Shown here: positions 40,001 through 53,227 of the stretch, one piece after another
Layout: each line of letters opens with the position of its first letter
Position numbering within the stretch: position 1 is the stretch's first letter
NCBI RefSeq assembly: GCF_018350175.1
Contig: NC_058368.1
Location: forward strand, 154,692,001 to 154,756,000
Direction of reading: 5' to 3'
Origin: Felis catus
Lineage: Eukaryota
DNA length: 64,000 bases
Notes under the pieces: model-generated
Seen by the model: only the letters and a program-made list of their open reading frames with translations
Database searches by the model: none
Told to the model about the DNA's origin: nothing
Position numbers and translations under genes: made by a program

Positions 40001-41654
40001 GAGTTTTTTATTGAGGAAGTGTAATAAAGGAGTTGGACCTAAGAACCTTGAGAATCCTTTGAAGTTCTAAAAATGCTGTGATTTTTAAGATTAATATTTA
40101 CCACAATTTTGATACTACCCAAACAAAAGAGAATAAATAACAGATTATAAAGATGAACTAAAAAGCGATAGGTAAAATTATTTCAGCTCTTGCACAATGA
40201 GATTTGCGATGAATTACTTCAAAATACTGCTAGCCACAAAGACGAAGGTAGGCCATATGTTTTATTGATTCGATTGGTGTAGAAAATATAATGTGTATAA
40301 TTTTGTGTGCTAAATTTTCCACACCCCCAAAATCCTAACTAAGATTTCTTTTTGACGTATCTTAAGTGTGCTGAGTACATATTGACAGTTTGATTCAATT
40401 ACAACAATATAATTTCAGAATAATAAATACCTCCACCATTTCTTCCACAGATAATTGACAAGTTTGTAAGTACAAACAGTATTTCTTAACATAAATAATA
40501 AAAATCTCTTGGACCACAGATTACTTCTAGTCACTGATTTAAATTATTTTCTTCCGGGGACAAAAATAATTCCAGTCCAGGTAGCCACCAAATATTTAGA
40601 AGATTTCTAAAATATGTTTCTCTGTACACAGTAGAATCGACTCTGGAATATTTACTCAAGATTGATGTAGAAATTTATCATTTTCTGGAGGTTGAGGATT
40701 ATTGAAATCTAAAAGAAGAGTAGGCTGAGGCTAAGTGAAGCATCGGTTACACATCTGATGCTTTTCCCATTGTGTAACTTAATTGGTTTACACTGATTTT
40801 GTACTGGAGTATTTAGGGACAACATGGGGGCTTTTCTGCAGATCTGAACAGCTGCTTGATTTGTTAATGAACAAGGTTATCAGTAGCCAATTGCTCACAG
40901 CTGAAAAACTGCATGCTCCTGGTTAGTCCATTGGAGAGGGAATTTTTTAATGTGGCTTTTGTGTTGGACACTGTTGCCTTTTGGGTGATTTGGGTACATA
41001 CATTTGTCCCTTTAGTAATCCAGCTTCATTACATGCAAATTAAAACTACTACATACACATTTTTACTCTGTGTAATGGACGTAAGGATGCGACAGAATTA
41101 CTCATCTTTAGAACATAGGGAAAAAGCCCTTTATCATGGAATTGTCAGTTATATCACTTATTTTTTGGGGGGGGAGGTCAAAGATCCCTTTGAAAGGTTT
41201 ATGAAAGGTAGCAATCTCTACCCACAAGTGTATGTTTAAGTGTACACACACACATTTTGCCAACAATATGTCATGTAAACAATAATTCCTATGCATTAGG
41301 TTAAGAGCCCTTTCAATAGAATTGTTTTGAAATAGACTTCCTTTAGTGCCAAGGAGAATGCTGTTTTACAGATTAAAAGGTTTCTACTTAATCTTATAGG
41401 AAAGAAGCAATTAAGTACCAGGCTATAAAGATCAGTTACATGTTTCCTGTCAAAAACTGGACCATACTGCATAGACAACAACAACAACAAAAAAACATTC
41501 ATTGGCATAAAGAATATACCCATTCATTTGCATTGCCTCTTATAGAACCAGGATCATTGAAAGACGGAAGATGTCTCCCTTCGATAAATATGCGGTTTTC
41601 ATTTTTTTCTAGATTTTCAGCATAATTTCAGTGGCCAACTAAATAATGGATACA

Positions 41655-41812
41655 CAGTTGACCCTTGAGCAATGCAGGGGCTAGAGGTGCTGATATTAAG
41701 AAAATCATAAGGAAGTGAAAATACGTTTACAGTACTGCGCTGTATTTATTGAAAAAAAATCCACATAAGTGGGCTCATGCAGTTCAAAGTCATGTTGTCT
41801 GAGGGTCAACTG
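41655..41812. mobile_element. Short Tigger2-derived MITE
   Basis: TIRs CAGTTGACCCT and AGGGTCAACTG; homologous to the 12357 element in the opposite orientation, with an internal deletion. Confidence 0.85.
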
Positions 41813-42349
41813 TACAGATATATAGTCCTAATAACAATTCTGAAAATGAGATTTGAAAGTAAGTCCAATGCTCTTCAGTGTGGTACCCATTATTCTCTCC
41901 TATTCCAACATTTCCTTAATTACCTGCTCCAGAAGAGATGCTTCAAATGACTGGACAATCACAGTCCTTGTTTTTAAACATCATTACTTTACTAGCCATG
42001 GTAGTTAATAATGCTTCCACTTAGAGAATAGACACAAAATAATCAATTGTTGAAATATCAATACTGATATCTCATTGAAGATCTACAAAGAGATGAAGAA
42101 ACTTCAAGGATGTATTTAAACTTTAAATATTAAAATTGGGTTTTTGTTTGGATCCATTATTATTATCATTCCATTTCCAGGGAATATTGTCTTGGTTTAC
42201 AAAAAGAAGAATTTTGTATGATTTCTCTAAATTTAACTTGGAATCCAAACAAAACAAACATAAAAAACCTCCATGGTCAAGCATTAAAAGCATTTCCTTA
42301 GATATACCCTTAATTATTTTGCCCCTCTCTTGATTTTGGTTAAATCCCA

Positions 42350-42982
42350 CAACTATACAGCTGAATCTGTCTGTCTAGAGAGTAACATTCCATCACGCTG
42401 ACTGGTCTCATATTCCTGTGTACTGCCTACAGTGGGCCCTTAATAATATCATGTAGTCAGTAAATATGTCTCCAGTATGTTTATACTTCTATTCTCCTAC
42501 ACATGTATTTCATGGCTTCTCACTCTTCAAACCTCAACACCCTCTTTCTTGTCCGTACTCTCAGCTGATGACATTTTTGTTTTCCTTTACTGAAAAAAAC
42601 TGAAGCAATCAGAAAAGAACCTCCGAAGAGTCTATTCCCCACATTACCAGTACATGTGCTCACATACTCTGCCTTCCTGCCTGGTGGGACTCAGGCCACT
42701 CCCAGGCTCCTTTCTCAATTCAAGTCTGACTTTCACACTAGTTCCCATCTTTCCCCCCTCCTCGTGGACAGAGCCCCAGGAATGTGCTCCTCGCTTTCTC
42801 CTGTCATATCAATTGTTCACTCTTTGCTAGACTTTCCCCATCAGCACACAGGAAATCAAATTCTGATTATTACACCACTATGACTTACATCTTTAGAGAA
42901 ACTTTTGGTTTTTTTGTTCCCTTTTCAGCAAAACTTCTCAACAGACTTTTCTTTTTTTAATGTTTATTTATTTATTTTGAGA

Positions 42983-43027
<45 letters not shown>

Positions 43028-44575
43028 TGGGAGAAAGGGAGAGAGAAAGGGAGAGAGAATCCCAAGTAGGCTCCTCACTGTCAGTGCAGAGTCTGACATG
43101 GGGCTCGATCCCAGCAACTGTGAGATCATGACCTGAGCTGAAATCAAGAGTGGGTTTCTTAACCCACTGAGCCACCCAAGTGCCCTAGACTTTCTATTCT
43201 ATGTCCAATTTATCTCTTTCCATTTTCTACTAAACTCACCCTAGTCTAGATCACCACCACAGCATGACCGCTGCCACCAAATTCTGCTTTTCAATCACAA
43301 TTCCCTAATTGTAAATCCATTGATCAATTCCAAGTTCCTTCCCTATGTGACTTACCAACAATTGACAGAGTTGATTAGTCCTTCTTCCTTGAGACACTTC
43401 CTGTCTGTACCTGGTTCCTACGTGACAGTCTCTTGGTTTTCCTCCTACCTGATGAATGCCTCTTCCTCTGTTTCCTTTACTGGTTCCTCCTTTTCTCCCA
43501 GGCCTATTAATCTGAATGTTCCCCAGAGTGCACTCCTCTATCTTCTCTTTTCCAACTATGTCCCATTCCTTGGTGATCTCACGTAGTCCAATGGCTTTGA
43601 AGAGCATCTGGGTGTTTAAACTCTCCAATATGTTTCCAATTTAAATATCTGTCCTGACTTGATGACCTGACATACTCATGTAAATGTCTAAGAGCCAAAT
43701 CCAATATGTGTTCAAATCTGATCTTCTCCCCACCCCATATCTGTTTTACTTACAGCCTCTTTGTGCCCCAGATGATGACAGTTTTATCTTTCAGTTATTT
43801 GGGCCAAAAGCCATGTTTAATCCATCTGCAAACCTCATCAGCTCCACCTTCAAATATCAAAGATCTAACCATTTCTCACTTCTACATTACCATCCTGGTT
43901 AGAATGACCATGTTGTCTCATTTTTATTGCAGTACCTTTCTACCAGGTCACCCTGTGTCCACCCTTCCCTGCTACAGTCCACTTTTACTATAGCAAACAG
44001 AGTCTTCTTATAAAATGCACTTGTGATCATGAAACGCCACTGTCAAAATTCAGCAATGACTCACCATTTCCCTTAGAATAAAAGCCAAGATCCTTGTGAT
44101 GGCCTAAAAATCCCAGCATGAACTGGGTCCTGCTCCTCTGTTACCACATTTTCCATCACTCTCCCTCTTTCTTGCTCATTCCACTCCAGCCACACTAAAC
44201 TTTTCTCCTTTGGGGCCAATGCTCTATTTATTTTCTTTATCTGGACTATTCTTCCTACAGATATTCTCTTAGCTAATACTTTTCTTCCAAGCTTTGCTCT
44301 AATTTCATCAACATGGCCTAAGGAACAACTTTAATACCACAAACTGAACTTCCTCTTCCAACACTCTCAGTCCTTCTCAACTTGCTCTAGTAGGTCTTTT
44401 TCATAGCACTTATCAAATTCTATCTATTAATCATATAACTTAAATATTTATTATGTTTCTTTTTTTTCTCTCTCTTATCACTAGACTCTAAGTTTCATAA
44501 GGCACTGTTTTGTCGACTGGTCGATCACCACTCCTTAAAACCATGTGTGACACTTACTAATAAACATCTGGTGAA
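42350..44575 (+). mobile_element. L2 LINE relic of about 2 kb, interrupted by a SINE
   Basis: Pyrimidine-rich L2 body (ctctcagctgatgac, aatccattgatcaattc, tagaataaaagccaagatcctt, cactccagccacact) and L2 3' end. Confidence 0.8.
42951..43185 (-). mobile_element. Can-SINE, older subfamily, with (GA)n expansion
   Basis: Typical antisense SINE; short TSD AGACTTT. Confidence 0.93.
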
Positions 44576-45019
44576 GGTGTATGGTTTAAAAATATATCAG
44601 GAATTAAATAAATATAATCAAGTAGTAATAAATAAATGATATAATATAAATATATCTCTAATCATTTCATTTCTTCAAATTTTTATTAAATACTGTCCAT
44701 GTGATAATAGTCTGTTTTAAGGAATCCATAGTCAGAAAACAGAGGGGAAACTAATGTCTAGCATAGTATAATATACTATGACAGCTGTAATAGAGTTATA
44801 CATGGGGTATCATGGGAACATGAAAAACCTGCTGAGGACTTCACCAACTAGCAAGGCCACTTGTTGTCTCTCCATGTGACAGAGGCTAGAGATTTATTCT
44901 TTGGAGAAATTTAAACAACCTGTATATTTAGGGACATTAGAAACAGCAAAGGGTGAGACTGACTTATGATACTGTTAAGTAAAAGTTTATATACTTAATG
45001 GTAAGCTCACCCCCATCCC

Positions 45020-45021
<2 letters not shown>

Positions 45022-45068
<47 letters not shown>

Positions 45069-45112
45069 GAGAGAGAGACAGAGAGAGAGACAGAGACAGA
45101 GAGAGAGAGAGA
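45022..45112. repeat. Compound (CA)n-(GA)n microsatellite
   Basis: Read directly. Confidence 0.92.
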
Positions 45113-46205
45113 AAGTCACTCCCAGAATATATTCCATCAAGTCTAAGGTCTATAGCTCACAGAAAGGAGCACTGAGGATTCATTTCTGGTGAAACTGAAT
45201 GACCAGTAAAGACAGGCTGCTATATGAGGGTTTCTCCAATATAAATGACAGGTCTCTGCTCCCAAATCCTGGTATGAAATCACTCACTCATTAATCCCTG
45301 ACAATAGATACAGAGCTTCCAGTCATATTTTTTGCTTTATTCTTAATACATATGGAAAGGCCAGTAGTTTCAGATATTTGAGAACACCTCTCATGGAAAA
45401 GACAGAAATTAGAACAAAGAAACAGAAAAAAAGGAGAGAGATTTTTCATCTTAAATGAGCAACAGAAAGCGATATGTGGAACCTGGGATAATTACAAGGG
45501 GTGATTGGTTTTCCTGTGTTTGCCAAAGGAAGGAATAAAGAAGAGGATTCTAGATTGGAGAAGGATGGGTGTGTCATTCATTCATTCAGTCGGTCAATAC
45601 AGAGTATGTGCGCTTACCGCACGTTAGGTACCATGAGAGTCAGGGTAGAAATAAAGTTTCAGCAACTTGAGTCTGACATACCCAGGTGACATTGAAGTCA
45701 CAGTAACTTGGTGACTTTTTATGTACAAATTTGGAGCCCCAAAGAGTTACGTGGGTTGAGAATTGTCACTACTGTATAACTGGTGCTTCAAGTAATAGGC
45801 ATAGAGGAGATTTCTCAAAGAGAAAAAGCTACAGATAGAATTCAAAATTTTAGATCTATCAATTTCCAAAAACCTATTATACAGGTGTAAAAGTTGTATG
45901 TTAACCAGATAAACTTTTTAAAAATAGGGTAACATTAGATTTCAGGGGAGAGCAAAGCACACAAATGCACCTTCTTCCTCTCTCCCAATTCTGCCAGAGA
46001 AAATTTCAAATAGTAAGTTTTGATGAATGCATAAATATGCTTTTTAGATTGAAGTACTCATTTTAAAGACTTCATATCATGCACAGATTTAACAAAGCTT
46101 AAGAATTTTGAAAGAATTTTATTAAGACTATATATTTTGTGACAAGATTTTTTTATGCTTCCATTCATGAAGTAATATACCTCCCTATATGTAAGTGTAC
46201 ATTCA

Positions 46206-46570
46206 GGGGTGCCTGGGTGGCTCAGTCAGTTAAGCATCCCATTTTTTTTCAATGTTTTTTATTTATTTTTGGGACAGAGAGAGACAGAGCATGAACAGGG
46301 GAGGGGCAGAGAGAGAGGGAGACACAGAATCGGAAACAGGCTCCAGGCTCCAAGCCATCAGCTCAGAGCCTGACGCGGGGCTCGAACTCACGGAGTGCGA
46401 GATCGTGACCTGGCTGAAGCATCCCATTTTTTATTTCAGCTCAGGATCTCATGGTTCATGGGTTTGAGCCCTGTGTCAGACTCCACACTGACAGTGCAAA
46501 GCCTGCTTGGGATTCTCTCTCCCTCTCTCTCTGCTCCCCAATCTCAAAATAAATAAATAAACTTAAAAAA
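46206..46570 (+). mobile_element. Older Can-SINE (host) split by a nested SINE
   Basis: Outer TSD AAGT(G/A)TACATTCA at 46193-46205 and 46571-46583. Confidence 0.92.
46248..46416 (-). mobile_element. Young 5'-truncated SINEC_Fc nested antisense in host SINE
   Basis: TSD AAGCATCCCATTTTTT at 46232-46247 and 46417-46432; CpGs retained. Confidence 0.93.
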
Positions 46571-46599
46571 AAGTATACATTCAGACCATTGATTGATAT

Positions 46600-47905
46600 T
46601 TTGTGTATCAATAATACACTACAAAGGTAGGTATATTTCCAAGATGTCCATATGGTATACCGTTTAAAATAAAATGAACAAACAGTACAAAAACATAGAT
46701 CATACCAGATGGAATTGAGTAGACTTGGGCAGAGCAAAGCTCTCTCAGAGAACAATTGGAGGAAAAAAATGATACAACATGCAAATCATCTGTTTGTAGA
46801 TGCTGGAAAACTGATGAGGCACCAAGGACTGGAAGGTCTCAAACTCTAGAGAGGGGAAAATCATGAGTGAGTAAGCGGACCTTTGCAGCTGCTTTTACCA
46901 TGAGGCCTGTGCCTTTCCTGGGCTTAAGCAGGAGCCTGAGAATTGGATTTTAAACTAATAGAGTGTTACTCCTGGGAAAAGAAAAACCAACAGAGCTTTT
47001 GACAAATATTTGGAAAGGAGGTTCAAGAATATGAATGGGTTTAACCCAAATTCTGGGACTATGCAGAGTAGAAGGTTAAAAGCTAACGCATAGGGGCACC
47101 TGAGTGGCTCAGTAGACTGAGCACTCTTGATTTCAGCTTAGGTCATGATCCCGGGGTCATGGGACTGAGCCCTACATCAGACTACACGTCAGGCTCTGTG
47201 CTGTGTGTGGAGCCTGCTTAAGATTCTCTCTCTCCCTCTTCCTCCTCCCTGCCCAGTCACTTGCTCTCTATCTGTAAAATAAAAACAATAAAAAATAAAT
47301 ATTTTTTTAAAAAAGCTAAAAAATAAAATACCTGAAAAGTATCTGGAGGTCTATATTGCCTCAGAAAATAAAAATCAGAATATGAGACCTGTCAAGAGAA
47401 TGGGGCCCCTAAAGGGGAAGCCCATCCACTGAAGATTCTAGGAGTCCAGGGTGAACCCAGGATCAGCCAAGCCACATTACGGTTGCCACACCTCATCAAA
47501 GCAGCTTTCTCCTTCATTTATTTGGATTATTAGCTTTCATTCCTTCTACCTATCAAAAATAAAGGGTGTACTCTCTCTGAAGATAGTATCTGCAGCCCCC
47601 ATGATTTTTATATATAATATCTGACATTCCATCAAAAGTCACTTGGCACAACAAAGACAAAACCACATGCCTAAAAACCAAAAAGTATAAAAACAAACAG
47701 GTAGCTCCACAAATCACCAAATTATTAGAGGTTATGAAATAATTGTGATAAATATATTTATGAGAATGAAGGAAAGGAACAAAACATTTAATACTAAATT
47801 AAACCTTTCAAGAGAATGAAATGGAAATTTTAGAAATGAAAAATAAAATATCTGAAATAAAGAACATATTCAATGATGTCAATAGCATATTAGCCACAGA
47901 AGACT
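46600..47905 (+). mobile_element. Old L1M 5' region / ORF1 relic, interrupted by a SINE
   Basis: A-rich ORF1-type segment (gaaatgaaaaataaaatatctgaaataaagaac...aatagcatattag); left boundary uncertain. Confidence 0.55.
47093..47310 (+). mobile_element. Old Can-SINE
   Basis: ggggcacctgagtggctcag head, ggagcctgcttaagattctctctc body; TSD-like AAAAGCTAA. Confidence 0.9.
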
Positions 47906-48734
47906 GTGAAGGGCATTTTGTTTAAGGAAAAGAAAAACAATTTAAACATCTTGTAATTCTGATTTCAGGATATTGACAATATTTTAACTACAGGGGGTGT
48001 AGAACAAAACTTTGAGCATATACAAATTTTAAGCTTTAATGTTGTGAGAAACCGAAAGAAAGGAAACAAAACAATCATCTCTTGTGTGTAAAATAATACA
48101 CATATACAGTTTGATCATTTTTACACAGTGCTGCCAACTCAGTAATTTTCTAGTTGATTTCCTTCTTTTCAGTCTTTCTTGGCTGTTTGACAATTTTTAA
48201 ATAATGGTATTAGAATTTAAGTGAAAATAGCAGACAATGTGAAATGCACAAGTCAGAGGGAGTGTATATGTTTAGACACAGAATTAAGATATATATTTTT
48301 ATAAAAGGGTAGAATTCTAGCTTATTTATAAGGATTATAGATATGCTACATGATAAGAGATGTGACAGAAAAGCTGGTTTCGTAGCAATAATAGTCAGTG
48401 ACATATTAGCAATATAACTAAGTGCCAACCAAAATCTTTCACAGTTACTATGCCAAGACTAAAATAGAAATCAGACACATGTTTCTATCAGATGGGGGTT
48501 CATTGGTAAGATGCAGCTGTTGCCTTCAGCACAGAAATTGAAGATAAACAGATTCATACTTTAAGAGGTTACAGCAACTTCTGGTAATCTAAATTCAGGT
48601 TACACTTCCAACGACATGAACACCAAATAATGAGAATGATTTCAAACACCTCGTCAGGTAGTGATTCTTAAAGCACATATCAGAAATCTCTGATTTCTAT
48701 TCAATTTAATTCCATTAATTCTTACTAAGTACCA

Positions 48735-49170
48735 TGGAAAAAATTGATAGTTGCTTCTCAATATCCATTCTCCTCTTCTTTTTTAACAGAAGTCATGCAT
48801 CCAGCTAAAAGACTGCCTTTCCCAGCTTTCTTGGCAGATGTATATATATGACTAAGATTGAGTCAGTAAGATTAAAATAAAGTATCACATACTTAAGGAG
48901 GGAGTTATCTTTTATCGCTTTTCCCTTTCTCCTGCTTTCTAGAACATGCATGTGACAATTGGAGTTCCACTAACCACATGGATTCCATGGGCTCAGTCTA
49001 GGAATGATAGAAAGATGATCTAAAAGAAACTTATAACCTGAAGTAGCATTTGGGACTGCCAGACCACCCTGTTCTGCCTACCTAACTTTAAACGCTGGAG
49101 AAAAATTAACATTTTAGCCTACTATTATAGGGGAAATGTAATATGCAGTCACACCTAAACCTGATATAAG
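48735..49170. mobile_element. Old ERVL-class solo LTR (LTR16/LTR33-like)
   Basis: atccattctcctcttc...aaagactgcctttcccagctttcttggcag...tgactaag resembles recalled ERVL LTRs. Confidence 0.55.
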
Positions 49171-49893
49171 TGCATATGTGTGTGCTAAATATGGGAAGTG
49201 GTGTGTCCTTGTTTTTCCAAGAAATGCAAAAAAAAAAGCTCACCTTTGCACAATGGTGGGAAACTGAGAATTTAACATGAGTGGAAGTATAGACATCATT
49301 GATGCTGTTTCTTAAGTGAAAAATGATACTTTGGGCACAAGTGCAATTTAATCCTATCTTTCTGATCTAATTTAAAGAAGGTAATTTAGATCTATTATCT
49401 GCCATGATTAGGAAGTCAAATGAAGAATAAAACTAAAATAAGCTAATATCTCATTGGGATAAATAACTAGACCACTCTAAGAATACACTAGACATTTGAA
49501 GAGTGAACTTAGATTATCGCTGTCATTCATTAAATACATTCAGGGCTCTGTGTAGCTGGGGATGTTTGATCATTATATCATAATATAATGATTAATGTAT
49601 GGATAAACCTAGTAAGTTGTAGACAACACAAAATACCAAACCGGGCATTCCTCAATTCATGTGGTTATACAAAGCTGTACTTAAGACTAACTTAAGAAAG
49701 GCTTAGAGCTGAGATTATTTCATCAAAATCACCACCAGAGTAATGTTGGGTCCTCTGCGTTCAGTACCATTGAGTAGCAACTAGAAAACAGAAATCACAT
49801 AATCACACAACTCCAAGATATAAGAAAAAAATTCCTGGAGTTCTGAGATCCATGTATAATTGTCTTCTGATCCTGAGAAAACAATCCTTCCGA

Positions 49894-49902
49894 GTCTGTC
49901 TG

Positions 49903-49945
<43 letters not shown>

Positions 49946-50075
49946 AGCAGTCGACACACAATGTTACATTAGTTGAGGGTATACAGCATAGTGACTCAAC
50001 TTCTCTATATGTGATGCTATGCTCAACACAAATGTAGCTACCATCTGCTCCAAAGAATGCTATTACAGTATCATT
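49894..50075 (-). mobile_element. Carnivore L1 3' tip with tail converted to (TTTC)n
   Basis: gctcaacacaaatgtagctaccatctg...tattacagtatcatt preceded by a (TCTG)/(TTTC) microsatellite. Confidence 0.8.
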
Positions 50076-50509
50076 TTTCAATGAAAAGTATATAACTGTG
50101 TGGTAGGAAACACCCCATTCAGATAGCTTTAGTATGAATGAAAAGTTATTTTGTAGCCAAAACACTTGAAACTTTGTTATACTGTTATAGTGAAAGACAT
50201 GAAGACATTACTTCATGAAGATGGTACATATCCCAACCAAATATTTAAGTATATAATTAAGTTACCATGTTACCCCAGAAAAATCCCTGCTTAGACCACA
50301 TTCTGCAGGTATTCATTCCCTCTAAACATCTTCAAGTATACCTAAAACACTAGTAAATAAGCACAGGAATAACACTTCAATATTTGCTATGAGCACTCAC
50401 ACTTTGACTTTAAGATTGCTCTAGACTTCTCATCTTCTAACTCGTAAAAATTTTCTCGGGTCCCTGGTTTTTAAGCCTACTATTGATTCAAGGTCTCTAT
50501 TCCATGTCC

Positions 50510-50954
50510 AGATTCTTTTTAGCTCCTCCCAGAAGGAGATGGCATTTATTTCCCCACCCAGTGAATTTGAGCCAATCTTAGGACTTGTTTTAATAAATAA
50601 ATATGACTGAAGTAAAGTTTTTCAAGTACCAGACTCTGGGTCTCAAGACACTTTGCCCCTTCAGTCTTCAACCTCTGGCTAAGTTGCCCTAAGACTGCTA
50701 GGTAAGTAGTCAATTTAGACCCCTGAAGGGTAGCAGTCCGTGGAGAAATGAGATTCACCAGCCAACAATGTGCAACACCTGCCATCTTGGATATTCTAGC
50801 CCAGCAGATTCTCCAGTAAAATGTAATCACATGAGAAACCAAGAGTCAAGATCATCCAAAGATTGCCCAAACTCATGATAGACAGTAAATTGTTATGGTT
50901 TCAAGCCACAGAATTTGGGGTTGGCTTGTTGTGCAGCAATAGATAACTGATGTA
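50510..50954 (+). mobile_element. MLT1-family (ERVL-MaLR) solo LTR
   Basis: Ends gtttcaagccacagaatttggggttggcttgttgtgcagcaatagataactga, a typical MLT1 terminus. Confidence 0.8.
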
Positions 50955-51751
50955 GTGCCTAATCTTCCTCTCTCCCAGGAGGCCTTAGATTGATGACCTG
51001 GGTTTGAACCATCTAACTTAGGTCTAACTTTTTTCAAATATCGACTATTAAAATACAACCTGAGGAATATTTTTTTCATCATCATCATGTTGCCATGGCA
51101 AAGATATAAGGTCTCCAAACAACTATTCTCTCCATCCTGCCCAGGCCGTGGAACTCTACCTAGTCAGTCCTATTTTTGGTCTAACCTCCTTATCTGGGAT
51201 GCCTCTGACATGGTCTGCTCTGTCTTTGCACAAGAATAGAGTCTCTAGATACCAGGCATATTAACCCAGTACGGTTTCTCTTTGATTCTTCCAAAAAAAA
51301 AAAAAAAAACCTTTTAATTCTGTACTTTAAAATGGCCATAGGAAGATGAATAAACAAGAACAAAATTCACACTTTAATATATAGAGAATTTATGAAACAG
51401 AACTCTTAAATGAATATATTTAAGAATATATAATTGCTGACTTATCACAAAGTATAAAATCTTTAATTATAAATGTCCTGCAAATTGGAAGCTAATGAAC
51501 AAGCTTTCTTCATTTGAGTATTGATGATGTCTTTAACCAGAAGTCTGCAAATACTTTCTCCTCATTCATTCTGCTTTGGCTCATCTTCCCTTATTGCACA
51601 CATTGATTTTAATCTCTAAATATATTTTAATCTCTAGTTCTCAAATTGATTTGCTTCTGGCAGAATAGGCCTGGCTTACCTGTAATTTCTGAATGCCTCG
51701 TCTTGCTTCATAAATATCATCAGTAAAAATACTATGGTATAAACTATTTCT

Positions 51752-52135
51752 TTTTTTTACTTTTTTAATGTTTATTTAATTTGAGATGGAGAGAGAGACA
51801 GAGCACAAGTGGAGGAGGGGCAGACAGAGAGGGAGACACAGAACCTGAAGCAGGCTCCAGGCCCTGAGCTGTCAGCACAGAGCTGGGTGTGGGCTTGAAA
51901 TCATGAACTGCAATCAGGCTCTGGGCTGATGGCTCGGAGCCTGGAGCCTGTTTCCGATTCTGTGTCTCCCTCTCTCTCTGCCCCTCCCCCGTTCAAGCTC
52001 TGTCTCTCTCTGTCCCAAAAATAAATAAACGTTGGAAAAAAAAAATTAAAAAAAAAAAAAAAGAAATCATGAACCACAAGATCATGACCTGAGCCAAAAT
52101 CTGATGCTCAACCAAGTGAGCCACCCAGGCACCCC
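51752..52135 (-). mobile_element. Can-SINE (host) split by a nested SINE
   Basis: Outer 17-bp TSD TGGTATAAACTATTTCT at 51735-51751 and 52136-52152. Confidence 0.93.
51914..52062 (+). mobile_element. Young 5'-truncated SINEC_Fc nested antisense in host SINE
   Basis: TSD GAAATCATGAAC at 51897-51908 and 52063-52074; long A tail; CpGs retained. Confidence 0.93.
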
Positions 52136-52641
52136 TGGTATAAACTATTTCTAAAGCTGAGTACCTGTGAGTACACCCATGCAATTACAACAACTTCTTC
52201 TGTAAGGCATTAAAGTTCCTGCAAAATGTTTCCTTGAAAATGGGATCCATGAAGCAACTGACACAACTATGATACTAAAGGTCTTTCAGTTTCTGGTTTG
52301 CTAGGGAGACAATGCTAACAGGCTGATTGTGGCATTAGAGATTCTTTCCTTCACTCACAAGTCCTTTCTTTCTTAACTCTCACTTTTTATCTATAATCAA
52401 GTACCCTTGGATTCAGGTTTAAAGCCTTCCACTGACCGCTCTAAGATTTTGTCACATAAACATTTACGCCCACTTGCAGACTCTTTACGGTCTCCCAGCT
52501 ATCAGCTTCTTCCCTTAACTGTCCATCATTCAATAGTAAACCAATTAACCACTGTTAAGTTTTGTGAAATTCCAGGGTCTAGCTAAGTGAAGTCAAAGAC
52601 ATTTTTAATAGCCTTCTCCTCTCCTCTTTAGTAAATTCTTA

Positions 52642-52854
52642 ATTTTTTTTTCAACGTTTATTTATTTTGGGGACAGAGAGAGACAGAGCATGAACGGGGG
52701 AGGGGCAGAGAGAGAGGGAGACACAGAATCGGAAACAGGCTCCAGACTCTGAGCCATCAGCCCAGAGCCCGACGCGGGGCTCGAACTCACAGACTGCGAG
52801 ATCGTGACCTGGCTGAAGTCGGACGCTTAACCGACTGCGCCACCCAGGCGCCCC
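52642..52854 (-). mobile_element. Very young SINEC_Fc, full length
   Basis: Many intact CpGs; perfect TSD TTTAGTAAATTCTTA at 52627-52641 and 52855-52869. Confidence 0.97.
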
Positions 52855-53227
52855 TTTAGTAAATTCTTATATATGTTCTCCTTTCATGGAATTCAGAGAG
52901 TAAGCGCTAATATATGTTTCCAGAGAATCACATAGAACTTACATTCTTATAGAATTCTTTGACAAAAGTGAAGCCCAGGTAATATACAAAGGCAAGGAAT
53001 ACAGTGATAATTACATCTAAATAGTGGACATTTTGCATGTTCAATAGTGGAAAGATAAAATTAAAGCCGTCTGCAAATCTCCCTTGCACATCTGGTCCAA
53101 CTTAACAATCACTGCTGCCCCACTTGCTAATTTAGTTCCTATTTCTTATCAAGGGGAGGATATGGTGCCTACATAGGGCAATGGCATGGTAAATTTTACA
53201 TGGTCAGACTTACCGGTTTTCCTATTT

